Part shown: piece after piece, positions 50,558-63,434 of the stretch
Position numbering within the stretch: position 1 is the stretch's first letter
Layout: each line of letters starts with the position of its first letter
Assembly (NCBI GenBank): GCA_010093705.1
Contig: MU006089.1
Span: 818,011 to 882,010, forward strand
Length of the DNA: 64,000 nucleotides
Direction of reading: 5' to 3'
Source of the DNA: Patellaria atrata CBS 101060
Taxonomy: Eukaryota
Made by a program: the position numbers and the translations under genes
Notes under the pieces: generated by a model
Databases searched by the model: none
What the model was told of the DNA's origin: nothing
The model's input: the letters and a program-made list of their open reading frames with translations, nothing else

Positions 50558-51064
50558 CTAGTTTCTAGTAGCCAGAAGTTTGCGAATGTGGTCGTTGAGC
50601 CAGTAATCCACAAGATGCTCTTTTTTCATATCCTTCGCTCCCGCAATCCACACCTTACACTTCCCACCACCCGCACCACATTTACATTCAAAAGGTTGCG
50701 CAAACTCCCACTCTGTGCTTGGGTAAAAGTAAGTTAACGTATCTCCGACCTTCAAAGGCTTATTATCGACAACCCGTACTTCGTAGCGTTTCATATCGAA
50801 GACGAGAGACGGGTCACAGGAATGGTTAGTGTATAAGAGGTCTGAGTTGAGGTCCAAATGTAGGTTGGGCCCGGCTTGGACACTGCTCCATGCTTTATCT
50901 GAGGCGATTGTTACTGTGGTTATCCGGGCGAATAGTGCCCCCGGGGGAAGTGAGACTCGAGAGGTGGAGCGAGATCCGAAGGCCTCTGTGGACTTCTCGA
51001 CTGTGAGGAGTTTTGAGAGATCGGGTTGGACCCAAGGGGGGATTTCAGAATCTTGGAGATTCAT
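50558..51064 (-). CDS. Small stand-alone SET plus post-SET domain protein (~168 aa)
   Basis: 'LLYTNHSCDPS', 'LKVGDTLTYFYPSTEW', post-SET 'FECKCGAGGGKC..WIAGA'. Intronless. Confidence 0.85.
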   Translation of the reverse strand: MNLQDSEIPPWVQPDLSKLLTVEKSTEAFGSRSTSRVSLPPGALFARITTVTIASDKAWSSVQAGPNLHLDLNSDLLYTNHSCDPSLVFDMKRYEVRVVDNKPLKVGDTLTYFYPSTEWEFAQPFECKCGAGGGKCKVWIAGAKDMKKEHLVDYWLNDHIRKLLATRN

Positions 51065-51461
51065 TTTCACGTTCTTGTAGTCTCTAATTTGGGACACATG
51101 CAACAAGTATAGACAGGATGAGAGAGTGGATAGTTATTTGGAGAATGAGACTTTTATAGACGATAGGATATTGCTTCAATAGATTGACTTGAGGAGCAAT
51201 GAAAAGAACTCCCGGACAAAGTCCATGTTACAGACCTGACTGTATTTAATAAAGCTCCGGCAAATGACTGTAGCATGAGAAAGGATGCCCCATCCGAGGT
51301 GATATCGGAGTTGCGGTCTTTAAATTACGGCTGGGCAAACATACCATACGCGCAGTAATTCATGTGCTTTCGTGGAACCATCGCGACAGGAACATCTCGA
51401 TAACTATAGCACTTTAAGGCCATATTTGTTTGCACACCTTGAGGTCAGGTTTAAAAAAATC

Positions 51462-53575
51462 ATGGAATCGGAGGACGGAAGCTCTGCGCAACCCGGAAAG
51501 AGGTCAAGGTCTGAAATGGAAGAGGACCACGCCAACCAAGAAGGTATTCTCTCTCTAGTTCTCTCTACGCTACGATATCTAATGAGAGCCATTAGCTTAC
51601 ACAAGAATATATAGACACATCCTCCGACGATGATTTTGGCCCAACTCTTCCCTCAGCGGCACCCAAGAAGAAACGACGAAGGCTGCCCTATGAGAAACTC
51701 TACATCGCCGCCTTACCCACATCCCCCAGGTATTCTAAGTCCTTGATGCATAAAGACCAGCTCTGCTTCACTACGTTTACACCCTTCACGGACTTCTTGA
51801 TTACATCGTCAGTTGATGGCGTCGTCAAGTTCTGGAAAAAGGTTGCGGCGGGCATCGAGTTCGTTAAAGAGTTTAGGGCGCATACTGGGGAAATCAAGAG
51901 TGTTAGCGTGAGCTCTGATGGGAGGAGCTTTGCTACTGCCGGAGCTGATAAGACGGTCAAAATCTTCGATGTTATAACCTTTGGTATGCTAGCTATCAAG
52001 AACACAAGAAACCATGCAACAGCACTAACTCCGTGCTTTAGATCTCCTATCTATGCTTACACTAGAAGCTATTCCGAAATGCGTCTGCTGGGTGCATAGG
52101 CGTGGTGCATCGTTCCCGATATTAGCAGTTTCCACTGAAGCAGACTCTTCGATACAGCTATATGATGGCCGGGGTGAAAATCAACAGCCAATTCACACTT
52201 TAAAGGGGCTTCACCGCAGGCCAGTATCCGTCATGGCTTTCAATAATGAGTACGACTGTGTAATCTCTGCTGATGAAGGAGGTATGCTTGAGTACTGGAG
52301 ATCAGGCGGGGATTATGAAAAGCCAGACAATGTTTGGTCAATGAAGAGCTCGACTAATCTGTTCGAGTTCAAGAAGGCAAAGTCAGTTCCAATCTCAATC
52401 AATATATCGAAACCAGGAACTCAATTTGCAACATTCTCGTTCCCCGATCGTAAAGTACGGCTGTTCGATTTTGCATCCGGAAAGCTATATAGGACGTATG
52501 ACGAATCCTTAGAGACTATATCGGAAATGCAACAAGCTGGAACAGCACTTCAAAAGCTCGAAGATGTAGAATTTGGCCGCCGGCTAGCGGTGGAAAGGGA
52601 AATCGAAAATCCAGCAGTTCGAAATCGGATAAACGTAACGTTTGATGAGACTGGATATTTCATCCTATACGGCTCGCTCCTCGGGGTCAAGGTAATAAAT
52701 ACACTTACTAACCGCGTAGTAAAGGTTTACGGAAAGGAAGAGCCCTTCCGTGCTTTGAACTTGGCTATGTACCAGGGTCAACCGGAAAAGAAGGGCGTGG
52801 TTACTGTAGAGATGGCTGCAAGTGAAAATCCTTTGCTGCAGGAAGCCGAAGCTCGAGATGCTATGCTGGTAACTACAGGATCTGGGAAGGTTCGGTTTTA
52901 TATGTTTACCAACGACGAGAAGTAAGAAGTCCTATCCTTCGAGGAAATAAGTATGATTGACTGACAATCTCGTAGCATTAGCAAATCCGAGCGTGACATC
53001 CAGAATGAGAAACCCCTGAACTTAGGTTCTAAAAAGGCAGCAGCGGTTAAGCAAGCAGAGACTGGTACTGCAGCTACCATACACACGACCTACGGTGACG
53101 TACACATACGTCTCTTCCCCGACGCCGCCCCAAAGGCCGTTGAGAACTTCGTCACGCATTCCAAAAACGGCTATTACAACAACGTCATCTTTCACCGTGT
53201 AATAAGGAAATTCATGGTTCAGACGGGCGACCCGCTGGGTGACGGGACAGGAGGCGAAAGTATATGGGGGAAGGAGTTTGAGGATGAGTTCTCCACGCTC
53301 AAACATGATAAACCGTATACGGTTAGCATGGCCAATGCTGGACCGAATACGAATGGGAGCCAGTTCTTTATTACAACGGAGAAGACAGTGAGTTACCCTA
53401 CCCTTGCGATTGGAGATGTATTACTGATCTCATATAGCCTTGGTTGGATAACAAACATACTGTATTCGGACGTGCGGTGCAAGGGTTGGATGTCATACAT
53501 CGGATCGAGAACACCAAGGTGTATAAGGAGAAGCCGGAAGAAGATATCAAGATCGTTAATATCTCGATATCATGA
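51462..53575 (+). CDS. CYP15: WD40-repeat cyclophilin (PPWD1/Cyp15 family); multi-exon
   Basis: '[10 protein letters not shown]', '[25 protein letters not shown]', '[11 protein letters not shown]', cyclophilin '[48 protein letters not shown]', '[18 protein letters not shown]', '[11 protein letters not shown]'. Confidence 0.95.
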
Positions 53576-54140
53576 AGAACTGTATTCGTTAGCAAGTCAA
53601 CTTTCTTAAACCATCCTAGTCAGTTTGGGTAGCGATGAGAAGATGTCTATTACATGTGTCAATCCTCACGAATAGATATACCATCTTGTAATGCCAGGTT
53701 CATACTCCTCAGGCGCTATACGCTTGTTCTACAATTAGCCGCGTGGTTCCAACCTAATCATATGCTAGATTTTACATCAGAATTCTTCTGGGCTAGAATT
53801 GGATTGTAGGGTGAGCTCCCAACAAGAGAAATAATCGAAACAGTATTGAGGGTTTTACAAGCATGATTTTAGAACGATGATGTCTTGATTTCGTATTTCC
53901 CCATACGCTATGCTATATAAGCGATTCCAATCCCGTCGCATTTAATAATCCATGTGCGTCCTCCATAAACCACCTGCCCGAATTCTCAATCCATAATCCT
54001 CAGTACTTTAATATCAGGCCAAAAATAGGAGTAAACAGACTCATTGCATGATTTCTTCTTAGCAGGGAAAGCTACCATAACGAAAGTGATTCCATACCCT
54101 ATGCTGGTTGATGATGTTCCTCCCAGGAAGCAGAAAGCAA

Positions 54141-54965
54141 TCATATATTCCGTGGGCTTTGAGACGACACACGCCACATCTTCGCCAATTCACGGCGTTT
54201 GTCTCCGAAAGCCAGATGTTTGACCTCGTCTTCCTTGGATTTGTCTATCCAAGCCAACATTAGCACAAACTCAAAAGAAGCAATCGGTATACAGAGATAG
54301 AGGATAGAACGAATAGGGGAATATGAACAGAGGAACTCACAGAATGCCCACATAGCCGCCCTCGCATCGACCCTTCCGTCCTTAGTGAGTCTAGTCCCCT
54401 TCCTGAATTTGCTCGACCTCTTGCACGCAGGCGGTTTGGGGAGTGGTGTACAAGTCTTCCTGGCGTTCCTCGCGCCGGGGGGAGTCCTCGTAGCAGTATG
54501 CTTCATCACTCTCTTTTTCTTGACTTGTCCGTTAGCTTGGTCATTGGTAGGTTCACCCGCGTTTACCCCACCTCCGTCTCCACCGGCGCCTTCGTCGGTA
54601 GCTTCGTCAGCGGCTCCTCCGGCACGTTTGAGAGACGGAGGACTGGATGGAGGCGGTGAGGAGCGCAGCACGGCCTTCTTGCACTTCTTCAGTGGACGAC
54701 CGCGGCCGCGCTTGGTTGCCTCGATGATCGTGGAGCGCGTGACGCGTGATGGCTTTACAGCAGGTTCGGCCGAGTCACGGTGACGCAGTTTGCGCGCATC
54801 CTCGCGTGTGGACTTGACCATGACGTCGGATTTGGTTGGCGCTGGGGAACTGATGTTGATGTCGTCGTTGTTGGGGTCGAACGTGTCATTCGTGGTGTTG
54901 GCGTTGAAGTTCACGTTAGTGTTGCTTGTGTCGAGCATGTATTTGAGGTCTGAGAGGGGGGTCAT
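54141..54965 (-). CDS. Basic orphan protein with AT-hook and C-terminal HMG/YABBY-like helical motif
   Basis: 274-codon ORF with 'KRGRGRP'. Removing a 96-nt intron (54340-54245: GTGAGT..GCTAAT..TAG) gives 'AMWAFYKSKEDEVKHLAFGDKRRELAKMWRVSSQSPRNI'. TATA-like TTTATA on the minus strand near 55028-55033. Confidence 0.65.
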   Translation of the reverse strand: MTPLSDLKYMLDTSNTNVNFNANTTNDTFDPNNDDINISSPAPTKSDVMVKSTREDARKLRHRDSAEPAVKPSRVTRSTIIEATKRGRGRPLKKCKKAVLRSSPPPSSPPSLKRAGGAADEATDEGAGGDGGGVNAGEPTNDQANGQVKKKRVMKHTATRTPPGARNARKTCTPLPKPPACKRSSKFRKGTRLTKDGRVDARAAMWAFCEFLCSYSPIRSILYLCIPIASFEFVLMLAWIDKSKEDEVKHLAFGDKRRELAKMWRVSSQSPRNI

Positions 54966-55315
54966 TTAGGATTTTGTGTGAGTTCAGTTGATGGAGTGAG
55001 GTTGAAGGTTGAAGGTCGAAGGTAGAGTATAAAGGAGAGTTATGGGAGGAACTTTAAGACAATTGTACAGCACCTCAGCTTCTTCACTATATGTGATAAC
55101 GAAACGTGACTTTTGGTATCTGGATTGGATAGACTAGAAAACAGAGAAACAGGTACTTTTATCCTGTGACTGAATCTTGTGTTGTACAATTAGGAATCCT
55201 TCGTCCTATTTCTCGTCCCTTATCACCAGTATTCGCCATTCAACATGCCCGCCCTATGCTTCCGGCATACTACCATAGTACTGTCAAACTTGTATCAAAA
55301 CCTTACCGTTGAATA

Positions 55316-58300
55316 TCAGAGCTTAACATTTAACAGGCCATCCAATGCCTCCTGCGTGCTACCATAAAATCGAGATCCGTACTTCCTAACGTTTTCTCTG
55401 CCTATCAAGCCACCAATCAATTCGCCCACGACGTTCTCGTCCAGAACCACAGATTCGAAATTTTGCATTTCATCCTCGGCAAGTTTATTCTTAAGGGAGA
55501 TGGCCTGCTTCCGAATGGTCTTGTATGTCTGGTCAACAAGACTGGATATCTGATCCAGCTGCTTTTGAGAGACCTCTTTCTTCAACTTGTGAGATTTTTG
55601 TTTTGTAATCGGGTGTACAATCGCAAGCAACTTGGTTACAGCCTTCAAAGCGTCCAAAGTGATGAATCGTGAATGGTAGAACGACCATCGAGGCTTGAAT
55701 TCCCAAAATTCTTCTTCCTTTTCAAAATGGCTAAGCTTCAGAGGACCCTGAAGAATGAGCTTCTTTTCTATGTCTTCAAGAGCTTTGGTGATTCCAGAAA
55801 CAGGAATTCCAACAACTAATTTCCGAAGGTGAGGATCATCTGATGCCGCATATATGTCATGTATAGCTCGAAGAATTGCCTCATACAACGCGGTGCACAT
55901 AAGTTCATCATCGGTGGATTTATCTGGGGCCGTCGAACTGGTCTCCCACAATGGTGATTGCATGAGATTAAGGTCAAACGGACGACCTTCCAGGAGGTCC
56001 CACGTCGTCTCAACAAATTCTCGCCCCGCTATCCAAGATATCTATCTTGATCAGTATTGTACAAAGGACGAATATAAAGACTTACTCCACCCCGGGAATC
56101 TCCATCCAGACGCTGAACAGGGTTAACTCTTCCTATGCATTCAAAGTCCGGCAGAGCATTGAAGTCACGGTTGTCGTTAAGATTATCCCAACGAATAGCT
56201 TGGCCTATAATTGATTAGATGACGACGAAGTGTATGCTCGTATGCCTAAAGAAATATCTATTCATGTAACAGAAGGAGGATGGTATCTGCGTTACTTGGA
56301 TTTTAAGAGCACTTTGTACTCACCTCGATGATCTCTATCGTTTGATGGAAGGCCCCTCAAGCGCAGAATACGACGTTGTTCTTGAATGAGCATTTGTCGC
56401 GTTATGCTTTGCGAAAGCGAGTCTTGAAGCTCCGCAACTTCGAAGAGCTTGTCATATTCTACCTCCTTAATGTCGGCCGACATAAAAGCTCTGATCTTGT
56501 CCAGCGACGCCGGGTACACCTTTATTGCAGATGTTAACATACTGCTCAAGTCCCCCGACTGTTGCGTGGAACCAGTTGTCACATCAAACGGATGAATAGA
56601 AGATATCCGACTGAATAGGACGTAGGATAGAGAATCTACCATAATCTCTTTGATGTTAATGTCCCTGTATCGGCCGATTGCCAGGGAGCCAAACCCCATT
56701 AGGGTGAAGTAATACACATATAGGAGCTGTGCCCCACGGTTGTTCGGCGAACGTTCCACCAGGTATGATAGTAGGCAAGCAGCCTGCAGATGACACTGTT
56801 CGCGCGATGTGGGGAGGTCGGAACCCGTTGAAAGACGAAAAAGAACCATGACGGCTAAGATAAGAGCATCATCGCATGTTGCAGTATCACCAGTCGACTG
56901 ACTTAAAGTATAAATTTGAATACAGTTACTTACGAAATCATCGGTAAACTCAGTCCCGCACTTATCAGGTTTTGAAAAAAGGAGAAGATAGTCGAATTTA
57001 AGGGCAATGACCTCAAGGGCCAACCAGCGGAGATATGCATCCTATCCGAGCGTAAGCATTAGCACAGAGACTAGTAAAGATGAACTTACGTGGTCATCCT
57101 CATCCTCAGTCCTCTTCGATTCCGACCATGTGCTGACATGATCGAGGAATGCACGTTGGTAATCAACGTCCAAATCTTGAACATATCTTGCGAGGTCATT
57201 GAAGCAACTTGGAAGTTCAAAAAAGTCGCAAAAGAAATCTTTGCAAAAATTAAAAACTTTACTTGTGTACGAAGCATGCGACAAGACCGCGATCGCAGTT
57301 ATCCTGACTTTCCGTGTATTTTGGTGGGCTTCCGTATGCTTTGACCTCAGTGAGTTAAAGGTTTTAGTGATTCTAGAAGTGTTAGCGTACTAAATCCGAT
57401 AGATTGCTCCAACAAGATAGACTTACTCCTCATCCCTTAATTCATCAACAGACGTAATCACCGCCTTCCATAACCACCATTCTTCGGCAAGGCTTTTCTG
57501 AAACGGTGACGCGCTTTCTTCCAGACCTTGATTCATTGTATGGGAGGATAAGTGCCACATGGACTTCCAGTCAGATTTCTCCTCGAAGAGGTCGAGTTGT
57601 GACTGAAGAATCGTGTCATCTTCAGCCGTATGGATGAGTGAAAAAGTTTGAGCATCACCCAACAGCTCTGCGACCCGTTTTTGCTTCTTATAAATTGTGA
57701 CAACGAGTCTCTTCTCCCGCGCAGATTGTATTGGTGGGCGATCGTCCTTAAACAACGTTAACCTTCTGGCCCCTGATTTAATAGAACGGAAAACAACAGA
57801 CCTTGCCGGAAATAGTGTTGTCAATAGACTGCTTCAGGGAACTGAATGCTTGGTTTGCTATCTGTTCAGAAGCTCTTCCATCATTTGAACGAAGTCGATC
57901 GGATACAATTTGCGACATGACGATCCAGGAGAAGTAATACTTCGGTTCGTTCTTTGATGTATTCCGAAGGAAAAAAAGAGCCTATTGGTCAATTAATGTC
58001 TTACTATCCATGATTGATTAAAACTAACTTACATTTTGGACATCTTTGATACAAGAAAGAGACATGGCATTTTCCATATAAGTACGGTACGCCAATACAG
58101 GGTCAACTTTCTTGTCAGAACATAGCAGGACGGCATTGACCCAAATTCTCTGTGCTTTTGGTCCAGCGGTAAGAGGAAAATGTTCCGGGCCGGGATTCGA
58201 AGAGAATTGATGACAGAGGAATATAAGCCTGTAGATATGTGACAGGAAGACTAAATCTCCAATCGCCGGCTTCCAATCGCATAGTTCATGGCATATCTGA

Positions 58301-58467
58301 AGTGACTCGTCGAATGCCGATAATGAATGGAAAATTAGAGCCTTCCAATATAGGAGATAGGTGTTCTGGGGCTGCTTTTGTAGTCGCTTAGAACATTCCT
58401 TGAGTGCCTGCTTAAAATTTTTACCGTAGGTAGCATTGAGATTGAGTATCTTCTCGACTGAGTCCAT
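55316..58467 (-). CDS. MDM20: NatB N-acetyltransferase auxiliary subunit (NAA25); multi-exon
   Basis: TPR-like start 'GKNFKQALKECSKRLQKQP', 'PKYYFSWI', 'PSCFNDLARYV', 'LQAACLLSYLVERSPNN..AQLL', 'INIKEIMVDSLSYVLFSRISSIHP', 'DNRDF'. Confidence 0.85.
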
Positions 58468-61400
58468 GGTGGATAAGTTAATTAGAGAAGAGACCGGGGT
58501 ATAGAAATGGAAATGGGCTAAGGAGAACTATATCCACGATATTCAATTGGTCATCAAATGAACGAGTTGTAAGGCCAAGGAGAAGATAATATGCAGGCTA
58601 CGAGAATGTGAGGTGCAGAAATATGGAGAGCAAAATACGAAGTAAGTACGATTGGCGGGAGCGTCGGCTAATTCCCGGCAGCATGTATAGAGTTCGTACC
58701 CGAGGAAAATAGGTCTACCTTGTTCTCCGAACGGTTGCCCCCGAGATTGGGACTACTGTGTTCAACAATGTTTAGAAACAAAGACTCGAAAATATTTGAA
58801 TAGCTAGGATATTGATAGAATCTTCATTTCGCCTCTTGCATGACAATTGTCTGGTCACTATAATGATCGATTTTTGCGTAGTCTCTTCCCCTATCGCAGC
58901 ATTATTCGGCCTCCTATGCGCTTGGTTCTAAAATTCGTTTTCGATTATGCTGTATAGACATGATGAGAGAAAATGAAGGACTGGAAACTGTGTGATTGAC
59001 GAAAATATATGGTAAAGATCAAGGAATATAGTGATTCCCGGACCTGGGAGTTCGCCAAGAAACGTTCAGCATGCATACATAGGTGAAATAACAGTCGTAG
59101 TATGATTGGAGGTACTGCAGACACTCTCAGTTGCAACCGAGACCAGATTGTCACTTAACTTTCAGCCTCTATGCTAAATCTAACTCCTATAAAATATGTC
59201 CAGCATGGAATCCTCTCCGAAAGCGGAAAATCCTCTTTTCGACCTTCGATATGCAACACATAGGAGATATGGCGGTGGAATAGCCTAAGAGTTGTACTTT
59301 TGAAACCCGTCTCTGAATATACGAGATAAGGGAGGACCCGTGGATATTGTCCGGGTAGGCTTCACTCGACTCCCACAACGCTTATTTTGTATTATATCCA
59401 CCAGAAATCTAGCTAAACTACGATTAACCGCTTCCTTTTCGCTTTGCTTCTTTCCTTGCAGTCATCTAAGCGTAGGAGTGCGTGTTAGCTATCATGACAG
59501 CTCTCAGTGACATGAAGGGATGGGACTGCTCATACCCATTGCTTCTTGCAGTCACGATATGCCCTGTTGGTTGACTCAATAAGTATCTGCAGAAATAGAT
59601 TGGGATATTTTATTGTTCTTCCAAGGGAGTCATTGTCGACCGCAAAGCTCGATGAGAACGCTTGAGTATGAACGATGGCAGAGTAGCTTACTGGAAGTAA
59701 TCCGTACACATCTCTTTATCACCACCATTGCGATTGAGACATTTCAGACTGCGGTTTGCGGCCTCTTGACAAGGATCAAAGTACTCGCTATACTGTTTGC
59801 TGATAAAGATAAAGATATTAGCCTCAGCAGCGAGAAGTCCAATTAAACACAATCGCAGTAACTCAGTAAACCAGGAACTGGCGAGAGAACGGACCGGGAG
59901 ATGGGATTATGCTCTACCTGTTGAATTTATTAGATGATTCTGCATCCCATGGCGATTTGTTTTCCTCAATTGCCATCTTGAAGGGCTGTCGTTGAGATAA
60001 CGTTCGAGCAAAGTAGAGATGCTCCGTGCGACTCATGTCGTTCATTGAAGCCGTTGGTCCAAGCGTCGGGACCATCGGTCTTCCTGAAACTGCAGAGCGC
60101 TAGTCTGATATAGGAAGTGAATCTAGCCATATACTCTCTAGCCGGTGTTCGGATATCAGAAACGTATCGATACATGCCAGCACCATTGGATACCCCTCCT
60201 GCACGCCCCTCCATTACACATGATCAACAACATGTTGTAAACGGAGGATTCGCAGCATCATCACGCTCTCTAGGTATTCAGAAGACCGTCCCTGAATTTG
60301 ACTGTACATAATTTCATATTATGACTGAACTATCAGGAGAATCCTCTCGAACGTAAAGGCTACCAGTGTTTCCATGTGATCTTCTCATCGTTTGGAATAG
60401 TCTGACAATAAGATAGCATGTATTGACAGTCCTGTATCTAGGAATCCCCAGACAATATGGTGCACACTGAGTCCGGCATCAAAAATTGTCCAGTGTGTGG
60501 CTGATTGAAGACGATGACCCTGGTTTTCCTTGAGTAATAGGAAGTAGGGCCGAAGCTCTGGAATTTCAATCCTTGAGTTACTGCATAGCTGTGCAAATGC
60601 ATGCACACCAATGGTCATGAGTACCAATCACTTGTTGCTCCAACTTGCAACATGAGCCTGAAAATCGTCCATCTGCATGTGCCGTGCAACAATATCATCA
60701 CGATAGCCGGTTGAGAACTGTTGTTTAGTTGGGAAGCTCCCGTCGCTAGCCAGACTATTTAGACGATTGGAGATCTGCGTAGTTCCTAAATAGGTCATCG
60801 AATCCCAATCATCCTGGATAACACCAGCGGTCCCTCCAGCCTTCGTCGCATCACCATACTGTCGCATATCTAGCTCTCCACACTTCCTTCAAATACCTCC
60901 ACTTTTGATATACTTACGTGTCTTTACCGTCGCCGCCACAACTTGAAGCGGAGAAAGTACCACTGTCGAGCTTGCTTCATAGTGACAATTGAACGTGTGT
61001 CCTCAGCGTGCTGGAAACGAGATGAATGATTGCAGAGTTGGTACGGGAACGCTCGATTACCAAAGATCGACTCGGAGATCCTGAAAAACTTCAATAGTTT
61101 GGGGGATACCGCCTCGCGTTCCTTCCACGGTGCAGCTTGAATGACTGGAGTCCTTTCTTTCCTGGAATGGGTAAATTTTCCATATGAGCCTTGACAACTC
61201 ACAGAACCCGCGTGGTGCTCTAGGATGAACAGCATCTCTCTCCTGTATCAATTTGATGCACAGAATGTCCGGAGCGCGACGGTGGAGATAGTCCAGTGGC
61301 CTATAGTCAGGATTGACGAGGCCGGGAATTGCGATAAGATAACACGGCATGCATGGTCAAATAATTGACCTAACGATACCGCGGCTGATTACGAGCATTT

Positions 61401-62153
61401 CTCCACATAACCTAGTAATAAGTCAGATATTTCATCCAGTCATAAATTCACAATGAAGGTGTAGGGGAGAGGGAGGAGGAGGGCTGTTATTTCGTCCCTT
61501 CTAGAGCCGAATGAATGCGTTTATGTCTGTATGCCCGTCGGTTTTCCACGATAGGCAATATTTCGACCCAACCTTAATGAAAGGATTATAAAAGGGGCCC
61601 GAAATCTGTATTTCTCAATGACAGATACTATTCTTACAATATCATTGTTGCCATTATTGTCTTGATATTCAGTGTACTGGCGAACTCTATCATCTTTTAT
61701 ATCCATATCTATATCTTGTATTAGTACCTTACCGCCATTATCAATATCTGAACATACCTTCTCAAGACCAGTGTACGTTGTCTTCATTCAAGGTTTTGGA
61801 ATCAGTGCAGCCTGATTTGCCTATGCATTGTAAATGATTGATACAGCTCATGAGCGGGTTGCATAGCGAAGATGTCGTAACATGCACAGTACCAGTATCA
61901 TCAGCATCATGTATAAAGCATTTTCGGACAAAGAGCATACTTGAATCGTTCCTCCATCTCTGTTACAACTTCGTTTCAACTTTGTTTCTATTTCTTTGCT
62001 TATTTCTAGATTCATTCCTGTAGCTTGATCAGCACTGTCTTCTTTACTAGTCCTTTGTCAAGAACCAAACACACTCACTACATACTTAACACACTATGCC
62101 TTCTGCTCTAACAGAAACCAAAGCTAGTCAAGTGAAGCTGCCGAATTCTCAAG

Positions 62154-63434
62154 ATGGCGACGGCAGCAACAATACAAGCAGTCCCGGTGTTTTCCATGCA
62201 GGATCCATCCTTCCAACCTTCGGTCAAGTCTGTAGCTCCTCATAACGGTACCACTGCCGATACTTCAGTCGAATTCGACCCGGCAAAACATATATTATTC
62301 CAGCCACCGTCTAAGATCATCAAGATGACAGACATTGGCTATGCAGAAGACACTGGAGTATCCCCTGTGGCAGTGTCACATCCGTTCCAACTCTTCTCAG
62401 AGGACGCTATCGGGGAGATGAGAAAGGAGATATTTAAGAAAGAGGTTTTGGCCAATTGCAAGTACGAAAGCAATATTGCTGCTTGCCAGTTGAGGGGATA
62501 CTCTCCAAAGTGCGTTTACCTACCTCTCAACATCTAAGGACAGATGACTGACACACATGAAACAGATATGCGAAATTCATCTACGATGCCTGGAAGCACC
62601 CCGATACCCTTTCTATCATCTCGAAGATAGCTGGGGTCGATCTCGTACCGGAAATGGATTTTGAAATTGGGCATGTAAATCTCTCTATTAAGTCAAAGGA
62701 ACAGACTGATCAAGAAATCGCGGCTATCTCGAACCAAAAGCGATTTTTTGCTGATGATGAAGGGATTGCTGGCTGTCCATGGGAGGATGATAAACCAATC
62801 GTTGGTTGGCACACAGATAGCTATCCATTCGTTTGTGTCCTTATGCTTAGCGATTGTACGAACATGGTCGGTGGCGAGACAGCTCTAAGAACCCCTGACG
62901 GTAACATCTTGAAAGTTCGCGGTCCTGGAATGGTAGACTTTCTCTTTTCTTCGCATGGTTTGAACTCTACTAACATTATGTTAGGGTTGCGCAGTTATTC
63001 TTCAAGGGCGTTACATTACACATCAAGCCCTCCGGGCCTTAGGAACCAAGGAGCGTATCACCATGGTCACTTCGTTCCGTCCCAAATCCCCGTTTCTTGC
63101 GGATGATTCGGTACTCCGCACAGTCAGACCAATTTCAGACCTCTCGGAGCTATACTATGATTTCGGGGAGTATCGACTTGAGATCATGGAAGCGCGAATC
63201 AACGCTAGGTTGAAAGTTATACGGGATCGTCGCCGAGCAGGCAAGAGGATCGATACGTCGGCGTTTAAGAAGTTCCTCCAAGAACAGATTGCTTTCCTTG
63301 CTCACACAAACAGCGAAATAGTTGAGGAGGATCAGGTTACTGTAGGTTACATTGAGGAGATGGACATCCCAGACGTTAAGGTTGAAGCTATGGAGGTCCC
63401 AAAGCAGGGTACTAAGAGGGCTCGTACAGATTGA
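62154..63434 (+). CDS. Uncharacterised 2-oxoglutarate/Fe(II) dioxygenase-like protein; 3 exons
   Basis: HxD in 'VGWHTDSYPFVCVLMLSD', 'GGET', distal His in 'LQGRYITHQAL', 2OG-binding Arg region 'ERITMVTSFRP'. Introns about 62510-62565 and 62933-62984. Confidence 0.85.
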
